Source of the DNA: a virus
DNA length: 64,000 nucleotides
Virus record (IMG/VR): IMGVR_UViG_3300005288_000003
Location: 1 to 64,000 of that record
Strand: one strand, 5' to 3'
The notes beneath the pieces were generated by a model, which did not search any database, was not told where the DNA came from, and was given only the letters and a program-made list of their open reading frames with translations. This document shows, piece by piece, positions 55,503 to 64,000 of this stretch. Numbering within the stretch: the stretch's first letter is position 1; each line of letters begins with the position of its first letter. A program made the translations under genes and the position numbers.

Positions 55503-55953
55503 TTATTTTAGATTGTGATCAAATTCCCAATGGCAGTTCGGACAAAGAAGCATCAGGTTACTGCGGGCATTGATCACACTCAGCATCGTATCGTCAGGGA
55601 AGTCAGCCACTGCTCTGATATGTGCAACCTCTACGTGCTTATCATATCCACACTTTTGACATAAAAACAGGCTCAGCAGCTACAGAGGCTCTTGCTCGAC
55701 TGCGAACTAAAGCATAGGCGGAAGACCTATGATGTTTCTCGTAGATAGCTTCTGCAAGCGTCATATCCTTCACGATGTGAGCACTATGTTCATCACAGAC
55801 AGTTCTTCGACCGCTTACAGGGATTGAACATACTTTACACGCTCTTTGTACTCTGGCTCTCTTCGGCGTCTTGTTCGTCACTGTTGTGGCACAAGTCCTA
55901 CTGCAATATTTTCTATTCTTTGTGGGCGTTCCACAATTTCCGCAATCGATCAT
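55503..55953 (-). pseudogene. HNH endonuclease split by a 1-nt frameshift in a T5 run
   Basis: N-terminal Zn-finger ORF stops at 55642; the +1 frame continues CQKCGYDKHVEVAHI...NLMLLCPNCHWEFD; 451 nt = 3n+1. Confidence 0.8.
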
Positions 55954-55966
55954 GATGCTCCTTATT

Positions 55967-56041
55967 TGGTAGACCTGCTTGGGATCAAACCAAGACTAAC
56001 TCTTTAGAAGAGAGTTGTGCGATTCACTACACTACAAGTCC
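55967..56041 (-). tRNA. tRNA-Arg(TCT)
   Basis: Cloverleaf, CCA. Confidence 0.8.
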
Positions 56042-56189
56042 AGAAGGCTCCTGCACATCCACTGTACCAATCCAGCATGCTGCTATCACAATCAAGACCC
56101 TTAATTCGAGGACGACATTTATAGCACGCAGTCGTCTGTGCGTCAACACCCTGAGTTGGTTTCAGAGTCATACCAAGGCGCGGTACGTT

Positions 56190-56265
56190 TGGAAGAGGAT
56201 ACTGGAATCGAACCAGTCTAAACGGAGTCAAAGTCCGGTGCCTAACGCCAATCGGCCAACCCTCA
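56190..56265 (-). tRNA. tRNA-Gln(TTG)
   Basis: Cloverleaf, CCA. Confidence 0.85.
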
Positions 56266-56407
56266 ATTAAATAGTACCGGCCATCAGGAAAGACATGGCC
56301 ATGCCCTCCATCCGACCTAGTTGACTTCCTCTGTATTCTTTGTAGGCTCCAATACCCAGTATCACCTGCCGGGGCTCGAACCCGGTATACAGTTACTCAT
56401 CAATGTT

Positions 56408-56494
56408 TGGTGCCCCCAGTCGGACTCGAACCGACACGCATATTTCAGCCACAGGGTCTAAGCCTGCTACGTCTACCAATTCCATCACAGGGAC
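56408..56494 (-). tRNA. tRNA-Leu(TAG)
   Basis: Cloverleaf with variable arm, CCA. Confidence 0.88.
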
Positions 56495-56508
56495 GTGATA
56501 TTTCAATT

Positions 56509-56582
56509 TGGTGCTTCTTGATGGAATCGAACCACCGTAGCCACCGTGTAAGGATGGCGTTCTACCATTAAACTAAAGAAGC
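56509..56582 (-). tRNA. tRNA-Val(TAC)
   Basis: Cloverleaf, CCA. Confidence 0.88.
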
Positions 56583-56583
56583 T

Positions 56584-56668
56584 TGGTCGGGATAGTGAGA
56601 CTCGAACTCACATGGCCGAAGCCCACAGGGTTTGAACCTGCTGCGAATACCAGTTCCGCCACATCCCG
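56584..56668 (-). tRNA. tRNA-Leu(CAA)
   Basis: Cloverleaf with variable arm, CCA. Confidence 0.88.
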
Positions 56669-56674
56669 TTTATT

Positions 56675-56763
56675 TGGAGGCTAGTGTGAGATTCGAACTC
56701 ACGAGCCGTTTCCGACTGTCGGTTTTCAAGACCGGTGCTTTTTATCCACTCAGCCAACTAGCC
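56675..56763 (-). tRNA. tRNA-Ser(TGA)
   Basis: Long variable arm, CCA. Confidence 0.85.
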
Positions 56764-56769
56764 ATGTTT

Positions 56770-56859
56770 TGGTAGCGGATGTAGGATTCGAACCTACGGG
56801 GCCATTTCTGACCCGACGCTTTAGCAAAGCGTTAGATTAAGCCACTCTCTCAATCCGCT
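56770..56859 (-). tRNA. tRNA-Ser(GCT)
   Basis: Long variable arm, CCA. Confidence 0.85.
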
Positions 56860-56866
56860 ATAAATT

Positions 56867-56943
56867 TGGTCGGACGCCTCGGACTTGAACCGAGTAAGGC
56901 CGGATTAAAAGTCCGGTGCCGGGACCACTTTAGCTTGCGTCCA
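56867..56943 (-). tRNA. tRNA-Lys(TTT)
   Basis: Cloverleaf, CCA. Confidence 0.85.
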
Positions 56944-56977
56944 ATGTGGAGCATTAAATCACATGGGATATATCGTG

Positions 56978-57295
56978 TCAACCATGTAGTTGGAAAATTG
57001 TTGCTGATGGTGCTTCACCGTTGCCGACATCTTCACCCTCGCCACGAGCGATAGCCTTCAAAGCCTTGTCAGCCTTCAATAGAGCTACATACATGTTGGC
57101 GATGTCCTGTGCCATTTTGAATTGCTTCTCTGGCGTCAGGTTGTCTGCGGTTGCTGCTTCGACCATACGATTCAGAGCAGGGCCAAAGGCGCGCTTGAGG
57201 ATTCGTAGGCCACCATCTAGTTCTGAGCGTTCTGCTGACTTCGCTAGAGCTTCCTCTCGCGTCGGTCTGCCACCCTTGTTTGGTGTTGTTGACAT
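56978..57295 (-). CDS. Hypothetical protein, candidate terminase small subunit
   Basis: N-terminal KGGRP, helical; co-oriented upstream of the tRNAs and terL. Confidence 0.45.
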   Translation of the reverse strand: MSTTPNKGGRPTREEALAKSAERSELDGGLRILKRAFGPALNRMVEAATADNLTPEKQFKMAQDIANMYVALLKADKALKAIARGEGEDVGNGEAPSATIFQLHG

Positions 57296-57408
57296 ATGTC
57301 ATCGTTCCTTCAAATAGGTGTGATCCGTGGAATTACTCGGTGAAAGGAGGAGAACACCAAAACCCGGATCACATAAACTGTAGAGACATTATCTGTCTGT
57401 ATGTGATG

Positions 57409-57437
57409 ATTGTAACATCAGTTCTTGCACCTGTCAA
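57409..57437 (-). promoter_or_regulatory. Promoter TTGACA-N17-TACAAT
   Basis: Consensus hexamers upstream of a leader hairpin (TGTGATCCG/CGGATCACA). Confidence 0.75.
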
Positions 57438-57458
57438 TAGCACAGAAGAAATATAATG

Positions 57459-57659
57459 TCAATAATCTGTTGTTGATGATTTCATGGCTGTCACACCATC
57501 GATGGGATACCGCCCGCCTACATACTCTCTTTCAGGTGCGGAATGCTTGCTCATAAATTGGCATGCAAAACACAAATCTTCTTCTTGTTTTGTATCTGGA
57601 TTATATCGAGGGATTTCATGTTTTGTTAGCGCGTTATTACATGCTCTGCATCGGGACAT
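57459..57659 (-). CDS. Small Zn-finger protein
   Basis: CRACN...EDLCFAC; AAGGA RBS. Confidence 0.65.
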   Translation of the reverse strand: MSRCRACNNALTKHEIPRYNPDTKQEEDLCFACQFMSKHSAPEREYVGGRYPIDGVTAMKSSTTDY

Positions 57660-57790
57660 GGATTGGTTCCTTCTATTGGTTTGTTATTTCACATAGTCTC
57701 CTTCTATATTTCATATGATGATGGATTGTATGTGGATGGGTTAAGTGGTTGATTTATAAGATGTTGATCTTATGGGGATAGATTCTTAAC

Positions 57791-58064
57791 GGAAGGTAGA
57801 CTCAGCCCAAGGGATCGCCATACACAAAAGTGCCTAAGACGAAACCTTGGTCTACCTTCCACAAGTTCTCATGAGGATGAGTTCTTGAACGGCCTGTATG
57901 GACAGGAGACAGCGTTTGCTGTCAGGTTCTGGTCATTCCCTCCGAAGAGGTCAGCTCCACGCTATAACCAGATGAGACTCAGCTTGCCCGTGTGGAATCC
58001 TCTTCATGGGCTACATCGTTGGCCGGTGAGTGATGCTTTCGCAGACATATCTCTCCAACGACAT
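57791..58064 (-). ncRNA. Structured ~275-nt RNA, copy B
   Basis: Homologous to 22031-22305; perfect 11-bp GGAAGGTAGAC/GTCTACCTTCC stem; GAAA and TTCG tetraloops. Confidence 0.8.
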
Positions 58065-58069
58065 TCACG

Positions 58070-58150
58070 ACTATAACCGACAAGCGGCTTAATGTCAAGC
58101 AATATATCTCATTCCAGTGTATTGACAACTCAGATAGGCAGTGTTACTAT
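58070..58150. promoter_or_regulatory. Divergent sigma70 promoters
   Basis: Minus strand TTGACA-N17-TATAGT (58098-58070); plus strand TTGACA-N17-TACTAT (58122-58150). Confidence 0.8.
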
Positions 58151-58181
58151 CGAGCTTCAATTCACAGAAAGGAGAACTACA

Positions 58182-58616
58182 ATGACAGAATTCGTTGATG
58201 TAGTAGAAGTCAATCCGATAGTGTTTGTCAACAAAATTGTTGAACAGATTGCGAAAGGCTTCTACGTGCAGAACACAATCGCTGGATACCCGCTGGTTGG
58301 CCTGCCTTACCAAATCCGGCTCTTCGAGACTGACGAACCAGAAGTCCGCAACAAACTGGACAGCGAGGTTCACACAGTCGTCGTTGAAGGCTACGACATC
58401 ATGCGTTGGTTGCTCGACGTGCAAGACGTGGCCCTGCAAGGATTCGTTATGTCGCTCACAGGAGCCTCTGTAGACAACTACAAGAGCGTTACGATGTCCA
58501 AGCCTGCACCCGTCAAGTTCGACCTCGGAATCGTCGCAGAGAAGCCTGTAGAAGCTCCAGCAGCTAAACCGAAACGTACAACCAAATCTAAACCAACTCA
58601 AGGAGAAACAGAATGA
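58182..58616 (+). CDS. Hypothetical protein
   Basis: AAAGGAG RBS; internally duplicated-looking domain; Lys/Pro tail. Confidence 0.7.
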   Translation: MTEFVDVVEVNPIVFVNKIVEQIAKGFYVQNTIAGYPLVGLPYQIRLFETDEPEVRNKLDSEVHTVVVEGYDIMRWLLDVQDVALQGFVMSLTGASVDNYKSVTMSKPAPVKFDLGIVAEKPVEAPAAKPKRTTKSKPTQGETE

Positions 58617-59005
58617 CCGAACAAACCAAGCCAGTAAAACTGACCAAAGCTCAGAAAGAGTTCTTCGGAACTTTCGCATCTAATGCTGTCGAGAACATCC
58701 TCGGCCCAGTGCTGGAATTCAAAGGTGTTGAAATTACCGCTGAACAAGTGCGTGAAGTTGTTAAGACTTTGGATCTGACCGACCTGACCAACGCAATTGG
58801 CCGTGCATTCATCGAACGTGTGGACTTCAAAACCATCCTGAAAGTTGACAAGTTCATGAAGAGCGAAGAGTTTGCCAGTGTTGTTGCAGCTTCTACCGAA
58901 GTGAACGGATTGGTGCAAGGTGAGCTGGTACAAGTTGTTGCTCCGCTCATCCCAAGTGATGAACCCGAGCCAAGTGCAGAAGAACTGGCCGATCTGGCCG
59001 CGTAA
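58613..59005 (+). CDS. Hypothetical protein
   Basis: AAGGAG RBS; ATGA coupled. Confidence 0.7.
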   Translation: MTEQTKPVKLTKAQKEFFGTFASNAVENILGPVLEFKGVEITAEQVREVVKTLDLTDLTNAIGRAFIERVDFKTILKVDKFMKSEEFASVVAASTEVNGLVQGELVQVVAPLIPSDEPEPSAEELADLAA

Positions 59006-59044
59006 TCCATAAGGGCGCTTCGGCGCCCTCTGTTCGGAGGTGAC

Positions 59045-59803
59045 ATGAAACGCAATCAACAACAAGTCAAAAGTCGTCGTGAAGCAACCAAAGAAGAACG
59101 TGGCCGCACCGTCAAAGAGAAGTTTGTAGAAGCTCGTGAAGATGGACGCACCAAAGCCAACACCAAGCCTCTGGTTCCACGCAACGAGAAACAAGCACAC
59201 TACATCCGCTCCATCAACGAAAACCCGCTCACCATCGCCACCGGCTACGCTGGTACTTCCAAGACCTATATCCCTACTGTCATGGCCTGTGACGCCTACC
59301 TGAAAGGCGAAATCGACAAGATTGTGTTTGTTCGTCCGAACGTATCCAACTCCAAGTCGCTCGGTATGTTTAAAGGGTCGGCTGTAGAGAAGATGGAAAT
59401 GTGGCTGATGCCTGTTATCAACATCCTCCGTGATCGTTTGACCGCTGGTGGACTTGAAACAGCAATCGAGAATGGCAACATCCAGTATGTTCCTCTGGAA
59501 GTTATCAAAGGTTTCAGTGCTGAGAATTGCTTCTTTATCGTAGACGAAGGTGAAGACATCACCATCGAAGAAGCGATCAAGATCGTAACTCGCCAAGGCC
59601 GTAACTGCAAAATGGTTATCTCGGGTGACGTTGGACAATCTGAACTGAAAGAACGCAGTGGTTTGAAATTCATCACGCACATGGTGCAAAAGTACAGCAA
59701 CTTGAAGGCTGGCTTTGTTGACTTCAACCACGTAAACGATATCGAACGTGATGATTCCTGCAAACAATGGATCATCGCTCTGGCGAAGGAGGGTGTACAA
59801 TGA
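59045..59803 (+). CDS. phoH: PhoH-family ATPase
   Basis: PRNEKQ..Y, GYAGTSKT, RP.V, VDEGED, TRQG....VISGD..QS. Confidence 0.9.
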   Translation: MKRNQQQVKSRREATKEERGRTVKEKFVEAREDGRTKANTKPLVPRNEKQAHYIRSINENPLTIATGYAGTSKTYIPTVMACDAYLKGEIDKIVFVRPNVSNSKSLGMFKGSAVEKMEMWLMPVINILRDRLTAGGLETAIENGNIQYVPLEVIKGFSAENCFFIVDEGEDITIEEAIKIVTRQGRNCKMVISGDVGQSELKERSGLKFITHMVQKYSNLKAGFVDFNHVNDIERDDSCKQWIIALAKEGVQ

Positions 59804-60381
59804 GTGAGAAACCAAGTCGTATTCTTGTAAAAGAACACATCAGCAACGAATACAATTGCCGTATCGCACGGTACATCACAGACGCAGACGACTTCGATGA
59901 TGAATTCGCCCTGATGTTCGGTGCTGGCCCTAACGATAGCATCAAGTTCATGATCACTTCTGGTGGTGGTAGCCTTGACACGTGCAACCTACTGACCAAA
60001 GCAATCCGTGAAACTCAAGCTCACACCATCGCGTATATCGGCTCTACCTGTGCTTCTGCTGCTACCGCTATCGCCCTCGCGTGCGAAGAGTGGGAAGTGG
60101 ACAGCCAATCGAGCTTCATGATCCACACCGCTTCGCTGGGTGTGTTTGGTAAGGCTCCAGAGATTGAAGTGGAACTGGCTCACAAGCTCAAACTGGTCCG
60201 TCGTTTCATCGAGGACACCTACACAGGCTTCTTGACACCAGATGAAATCGAGGAAGTGCTGCGTGGACAGGACAAATACTTCGAAGGCGATGAGCTGGTA
60301 GCTCGCCTGACAGGGTACGCCGAATACCGTGATGCTCTTCGTGAAGCACAACGGCTTGACAGCCAAGCAGAAGCAGCATAA
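59800..60381 (+). CDS. ClpP-like protease
   Basis: ITSGGGS, CASAAT.I, FMIH. Confidence 0.8.
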   Translation: MSEKPSRILVKEHISNEYNCRIARYITDADDFDDEFALMFGAGPNDSIKFMITSGGGSLDTCNLLTKAIRETQAHTIAYIGSTCASAATAIALACEEWEVDSQSSFMIHTASLGVFGKAPEIEVELAHKLKLVRRFIEDTYTGFLTPDEIEEVLRGQDKYFEGDELVARLTGYAEYRDALREAQRLDSQAEAA

Positions 60382-60394
60382 GATGCGCCCCATA

Positions 60395-60427
60395 GCTCGT
60401 TACCTACAAGGTAGCGGGCTTTCTTTA
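60395..60427 (+). terminator. Rho-independent terminator
   Basis: GCTCGTTACC-TACAA-GGTAGCGGGC-TTTCTTT. Confidence 0.75.
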
Positions 60428-60447
60428 CGCCTTTAGAAGAGGTACAG

Positions 60448-60921
60448 ATGCAGTATTGTGAAAACAGTCCGAGTGGATTGGTAGATAACTCCGGTAACGT
60501 TATTGGTTGGCAGAAAAGCCGAGGAAATTGGCACGTAAAAGTGGATGGCGTAGATACAGAAGCACATAGAGTTATATGGGAAATGTTCCATGGGCCTATT
60601 CCTGACGGGATGGTGGTAGATCATGAAAACAGGGATGCTTCTGATAACTTAATCTCGAACTTGAGAATTGTGACTCAAGCAGTTAATACTCGAAACCGTA
60701 GAATGAGTAAACGGAATGTATCCGGTCACACGGGAGTATTTCACAATGAAAAGAGAAATCGATGGGAAGCCTCGTGGCGAGAGGATGAAAAGACTCGCAC
60801 AAAGACGTTCTCATGTTCCACGTATCATGATGCAAAGGAGAGAGCGATTGCTTACAGAATTATGCAGATTGACAGATTAAATACATTAGGGTATGGTTAC
60901 ACCGCCACACATGGCGTATAA
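60448..60921 (+). CDS. HNH-AP2 homing endonuclease
   Basis: AHRVIWEMFHGPIP.GMVVDH.N....DN.ISNLR; SG.TGV...W.ASW. Confidence 0.88.
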   Translation: MQYCENSPSGLVDNSGNVIGWQKSRGNWHVKVDGVDTEAHRVIWEMFHGPIPDGMVVDHENRDASDNLISNLRIVTQAVNTRNRRMSKRNVSGHTGVFHNEKRNRWEASWREDEKTRTKTFSCSTYHDAKERAIAYRIMQIDRLNTLGYGYTATHGV

Positions 60922-60947
60922 TTCTCACCTGTAATATAGGAGTAGGC

Positions 60948-61217
60948 ATGAGCAAGCAGAAAATCACCACCGTAACATTCGCTGAGTTCGCACATTATGA
61001 GTTCATTCCACCAGCCACGTTCTTCATTCAGAACGCACTGGGCGAGTACATCTTCATCCATACAGCAAATCGTGCAACAGCACAAGCATGGGTCGACGAA
61101 AACTACGGCAAGGGTCGCTACACTGTGAAAGCTTCGAAGCTCCAGAAAGGCAAAGAACTTGGGGAAGGCAGCAAACCTGCTTTCGGAACCGCAACCCGCA
61201 GAGGGCAAAAGAAATGA
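60948..61217 (+). CDS. Hypothetical protein
   Basis: AGGAG RBS. Confidence 0.7.
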   Translation: MSKQKITTVTFAEFAHYEFIPPATFFIQNALGEYIFIHTANRATAQAWVDENYGKGRYTVKASKLQKGKELGEGSKPAFGTATRRGQKK

Positions 61218-61423
61218 TCCTGATCGACGACGCAATTCAACAACTGCTTGACGTTCGTAAAGAACATGGTAACATCCCGCTGATCTTCGGTGACTGCAAT
61301 GCGATGCACAAGGTCAACTGGATCGAACCCGTCGCTATCGAAGACCTGAACGAGTTTTACCTCGAAACAGCACCAGATGATGGCGAAGACGAAATAGAAA
61401 AGAACGCGGTACTGATCGGATGA
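61214..61423 (+). CDS. Hypothetical protein
   Basis: ATGA coupled. Confidence 0.6.
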   Translation: MILIDDAIQQLLDVRKEHGNIPLIFGDCNAMHKVNWIEPVAIEDLNEFYLETAPDDGEDEIEKNAVLIG

Positions 61424-61623
61424 ACCGTGCCAAGGCAAAGCTCATGCGAGCCAGACGGAAGCGAGGACGCTGCCATTGCAGCGGCCCTGAACACTCGAAT
61501 TGCGAAGTGACTCAGGAAATCCGACAGCCGGGAACCCGTGACATGGATCGCCGCGACTACGAGAAAGACCTCGCAGAAGCAGAGCGTGAAATGGAGGATA
61601 CATTCAATGATGAACAAGTATGA
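61420..61623 (+). CDS. Hypothetical protein
   Basis: ATGA coupled. Confidence 0.55.
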   Translation: MNRAKAKLMRARRKRGRCHCSGPEHSNCEVTQEIRQPGTRDMDRRDYEKDLAEAEREMEDTFNDEQV

Positions 61624-62020
61624 CAAGCTCTACATGTCGTTTGCCGAGGCGGCAGCCTCTGAGTCTCACTGCCCTCGCACGCAGGTTGGCTGTGCTGTGG
61701 TATTGGACTCGGGAGTCGTCAGTCCCGGTTTCAACGGTCACGCCTCGGGTGGCCCTAACGTATGGGAATATTCAGAAACTGGGAATCCAGAGGTCGTCCA
61801 TGCTGAGCTTAATGCTTTGGGAAAATGCTTGGAGCAGGGACTCTCCGCGAAAGGTGCAAGTGTCTATGTCACACTCAGTCCTTGCCTCCCTTGCGCGATG
61901 CTGCTAGTCCGTGCAAAAGTTAAGCGAGTGGTGTATCGTGACGATTACCGTCTGACCGAAGGGTTGGACTACCTGAAAAAATACAACGTGGAGGTGGATA
62001 AATATGTTGACCCTGAATGA
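61607..62020 (+). CDS. dCMP deaminase
   Basis: S.C.R.QVG, G.NG, HAE.NA, TLSPCLPC. Confidence 0.9.
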   Translation: MMNKYDKLYMSFAEAAASESHCPRTQVGCAVVLDSGVVSPGFNGHASGGPNVWEYSETGNPEVVHAELNALGKCLEQGLSAKGASVYVTLSPCLPCAMLLVRAKVKRVVYRDDYRLTEGLDYLKKYNVEVDKYVDPE

Positions 62021-62528
62021 CCGCTGGGAAGCAATGACCAGCCAAGAGCAAGACGCTGTTCGTGCATTGCACGCTGTGTTGGCTCAAACGAAAGCACATC
62101 CAGAGCTGCATGCTGATCCTGTGCAAGTGATCGAAGATATCGAGTTCACCCTGCAAGGGTTGTGGAAATTCGACCGTAGTGTTAACCACCACACTCACTG
62201 GCTCGACATAAAGGGCTGCAAATGTCCTAAAATGGACAACCGTGATCACTGGGGCACTGGACGTATCACTGTCAGCAACTGCAAATGGCACTGGGAAGAA
62301 CCAGAACCGAAGACCTATGTTGTTGCATTGATTTCCAGTTCGTGCGATCATTACCTCGACACCTTCAAAGTGAAGCACCCGAACGATCTGGTTGAAGCGA
62401 TGAAGGAACACTACGGTGATGAGTTCTATCACATGGATCAAGTGGACATCACATCCCCTGACGGCGGTAACGCTGCTCGTGCAGAACGTGCTGTATTGAA
62501 TGCAATTGAAGAAGGAGAAGACGAATGA
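62004..62528 (+). CDS. Hypothetical protein
   Basis: LQ.LWKF.....H.HW....GC.CPKMDN.D motif. Confidence 0.7.
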   Translation: MLTLNDRWEAMTSQEQDAVRALHAVLAQTKAHPELHADPVQVIEDIEFTLQGLWKFDRSVNHHTHWLDIKGCKCPKMDNRDHWGTGRITVSNCKWHWEEPEPKTYVVALISSSCDHYLDTFKVKHPNDLVEAMKEHYGDEFYHMDQVDITSPDGGNAARAERAVLNAIEEGEDE

Positions 62529-62761
62529 TCGTTGTAGACGTTTCCGGCCAAGCACTGGCCGTTGGTGACAAGGTGGCATACTGCCTCGGCGGCAAGGGCA
62601 CGCAAATGCGTGTTGGTGAAGTGTTGCGAATGACGACCAAATCGGTTATCATCAGTGGTTCTGAAATGCGCTATCAGTGGGCAGACGGCAAGTACAATCA
62701 CGTCCTCACGCCAGTTGAAACAGTGCGTGCGTTTGACGCCGTATCGAGGATCATCCAATGA
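62525..62761 (+). CDS. Hypothetical protein
   Basis: D..G..L.VGD.V; coupled. Confidence 0.65.
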   Translation: MIVVDVSGQALAVGDKVAYCLGGKGTQMRVGEVLRMTTKSVIISGSEMRYQWADGKYNHVLTPVETVRAFDAVSRIIQ

Positions 62762-63960
62762 TGCTCGTTGAACTGTTCGGCAAAGACAAAGGTGGCAAGT
62801 ACAAGGTTTGGGCTATCGGGACAACCGAAAGCGGCGACCTGACCATTGCCCACGGCCAAGAAGGCGGTAAGATGACCGTCAAGATGGAAAAGATCAAGCC
62901 GAAGAATGTGGGCAGAGCAAACGAAACCACGCCTGAGCAACAGGCAGACCTCGAAGCTCAAGGTCGTATCAAGAAGCAGATCGACAAGGGCTATCGCCAC
63001 ACCAAAGAAGAACTGGAAAACCTCCCTGTTCTGGCTATGCTGTCGAAAGACCATACCAAAGACGGCAAGGAAGAAAACATCGACAAAGGTGTGTTCATTT
63101 CCGATAAGCTGGACGGTGTACGCTGCCTTGCGAAGTGCAAGCTGGCAGAAGGCATCAAGGTCGTCACTCTGGAAAGCCGTACCGGCCAACCCTACGATGT
63201 GCCTCATGTCGTCGAAGAGCTGATGAACATTATGGAGCCGGGGGACATTCTAGATGGCGAGCTGTACGTTCATGGCCCAAGCCTGCAAGAAATCACATCT
63301 GCTGTGAAGCGTACAGACCCTGAAAAGAAGATTGCTGCTGCCTACAAGAAGATGCAGAAGGCTTGCGGTGGAGACGGTTATGCTGATGCAGAGGCTGAAT
63401 ATGCCGAAGCGATTATGATCGAATCCTTGAGGAAGGACTTGGAATTCCACGTGTTCGATTTGGTTGTGATGGACACTCCGTTCGAAGAGCGGCTGGAAAT
63501 GCTTACCGAGTATGCGAATAGCCGATTCCTCAATGATGTGTATTCCTATGTAACAATGGTCACATATCGGTACGTTGACAACCTTGCAGACCTGACAACA
63601 CAGCTTCACTGGTGTATCGAACGTGGCTACGAAGGTATCATGTATCGCACCAAAGACGGCCTGTACGAAAGCGGCAAGCGTTCTGCTGGTCTGTGGAAGT
63701 TCAAGCTGTTCATGGACTCCGAGTTCCTGATTCTGGACGTTGAACCGAAGAAAGATGACGGCTCTGCGTTTGTTGTGCGAAATGACTTGAATGAAAGAAC
63801 GTTCTCGGTTACACTGGGCTCCATGCTTGAACGAGCTGAGTTCCTTGCGAACAAAGAGCTTTACACCGGTAAGCTGATTACTGTACAGTATCAGGCTCGC
63901 TACAAAGATACGCTCCTGCCACAGTTCCCGACTGGCAAAGCAATCCGTGACTACGAATAA
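62758..63960 (+). CDS. ATP-dependent DNA ligase with N-terminal WGR-like domain
   Basis: KLDGVR, SRTG, LDGELY, FHVFD, EGIM.R, KFK, P.FP motifs. Confidence 0.93.
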   Translation: MMLVELFGKDKGGKYKVWAIGTTESGDLTIAHGQEGGKMTVKMEKIKPKNVGRANETTPEQQADLEAQGRIKKQIDKGYRHTKEELENLPVLAMLSKDHTKDGKEENIDKGVFISDKLDGVRCLAKCKLAEGIKVVTLESRTGQPYDVPHVVEELMNIMEPGDILDGELYVHGPSLQEITSAVKRTDPEKKIAAAYKKMQKACGGDGYADAEAEYAEAIMIESLRKDLEFHVFDLVVMDTPFEERLEMLTEYANSRFLNDVYSYVTMVTYRYVDNLADLTTQLHWCIERGYEGIMYRTKDGLYESGKRSAGLWKFKLFMDSEFLILDVEPKKDDGSAFVVRNDLNERTFSVTLGSMLERAEFLANKELYTGKLITVQYQARYKDTLLPQFPTGKAIRDYE

Positions 63961-64000
63961 GGAGAAACAAATGACTGATGCAAATGCTGTAATTGATACT

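Noticed and set aside
53780-57054. ORF-track entries overlapping tRNA genes
   Set aside because: The sequence is explained by tRNA cloverleaves; only RBS-led small ORFs in the spacers were kept.
58598-59815. 405-aa minus-strand ORF and other long antisense ORFs (e.g. 9827..10840, 22984..23760, 40741..41538)
   Set aside because: They are shadow frames opposite well-supported, codon-biased genes, with no RBS or recognisable motifs.

Overview
The window is 64 kb of a lytic dsDNA myovirus genome. Gene content and order resemble the Pseudomonas PAK_P1/phiPsa374-like phages (inference). No integrase, repressor or CRISPR was seen. Left part (minus strand): nucleotide metabolism and replication genes (nrdA/nrdB, thyX, DUF5664-like diphosphohydrolase, metallophosphoesterase, exonuclease, SSB-like protein, family A DNA polymerase, primase-helicase), then many small ORFs. 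A short plus-strand island carries a frameshifted RNA ligase. Next come the lysis genes, a tailspike cassette, two tail fibres and the baseplate, tail, head and terminase genes (minus strand). These are followed by 22 tRNA genes interspersed with HNH genes and unexplained structured spacers, then a plus-strand block (PhoH, ClpP-like, dCMP deaminase, DNA ligase). The most notable unexplained elements are non-coding. (1) Two diverged copies of a ~275-nt structured RNA (22031-22305 and 57791-58064, both minus strand) show compensatory base changes and a UNCG/GNRA tetraloop swap; each starts right after its own sigma70 promoter at a divergent-promoter junction. (2) A stand-alone promoter-to-terminator unit encodes a 204-aa coiled-coil protein followed by a ~280-nt end-paired RNA carrying 7-nt NNNAA(A/C)G repeats. 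All family assignments come from motif recognition, not database searches.
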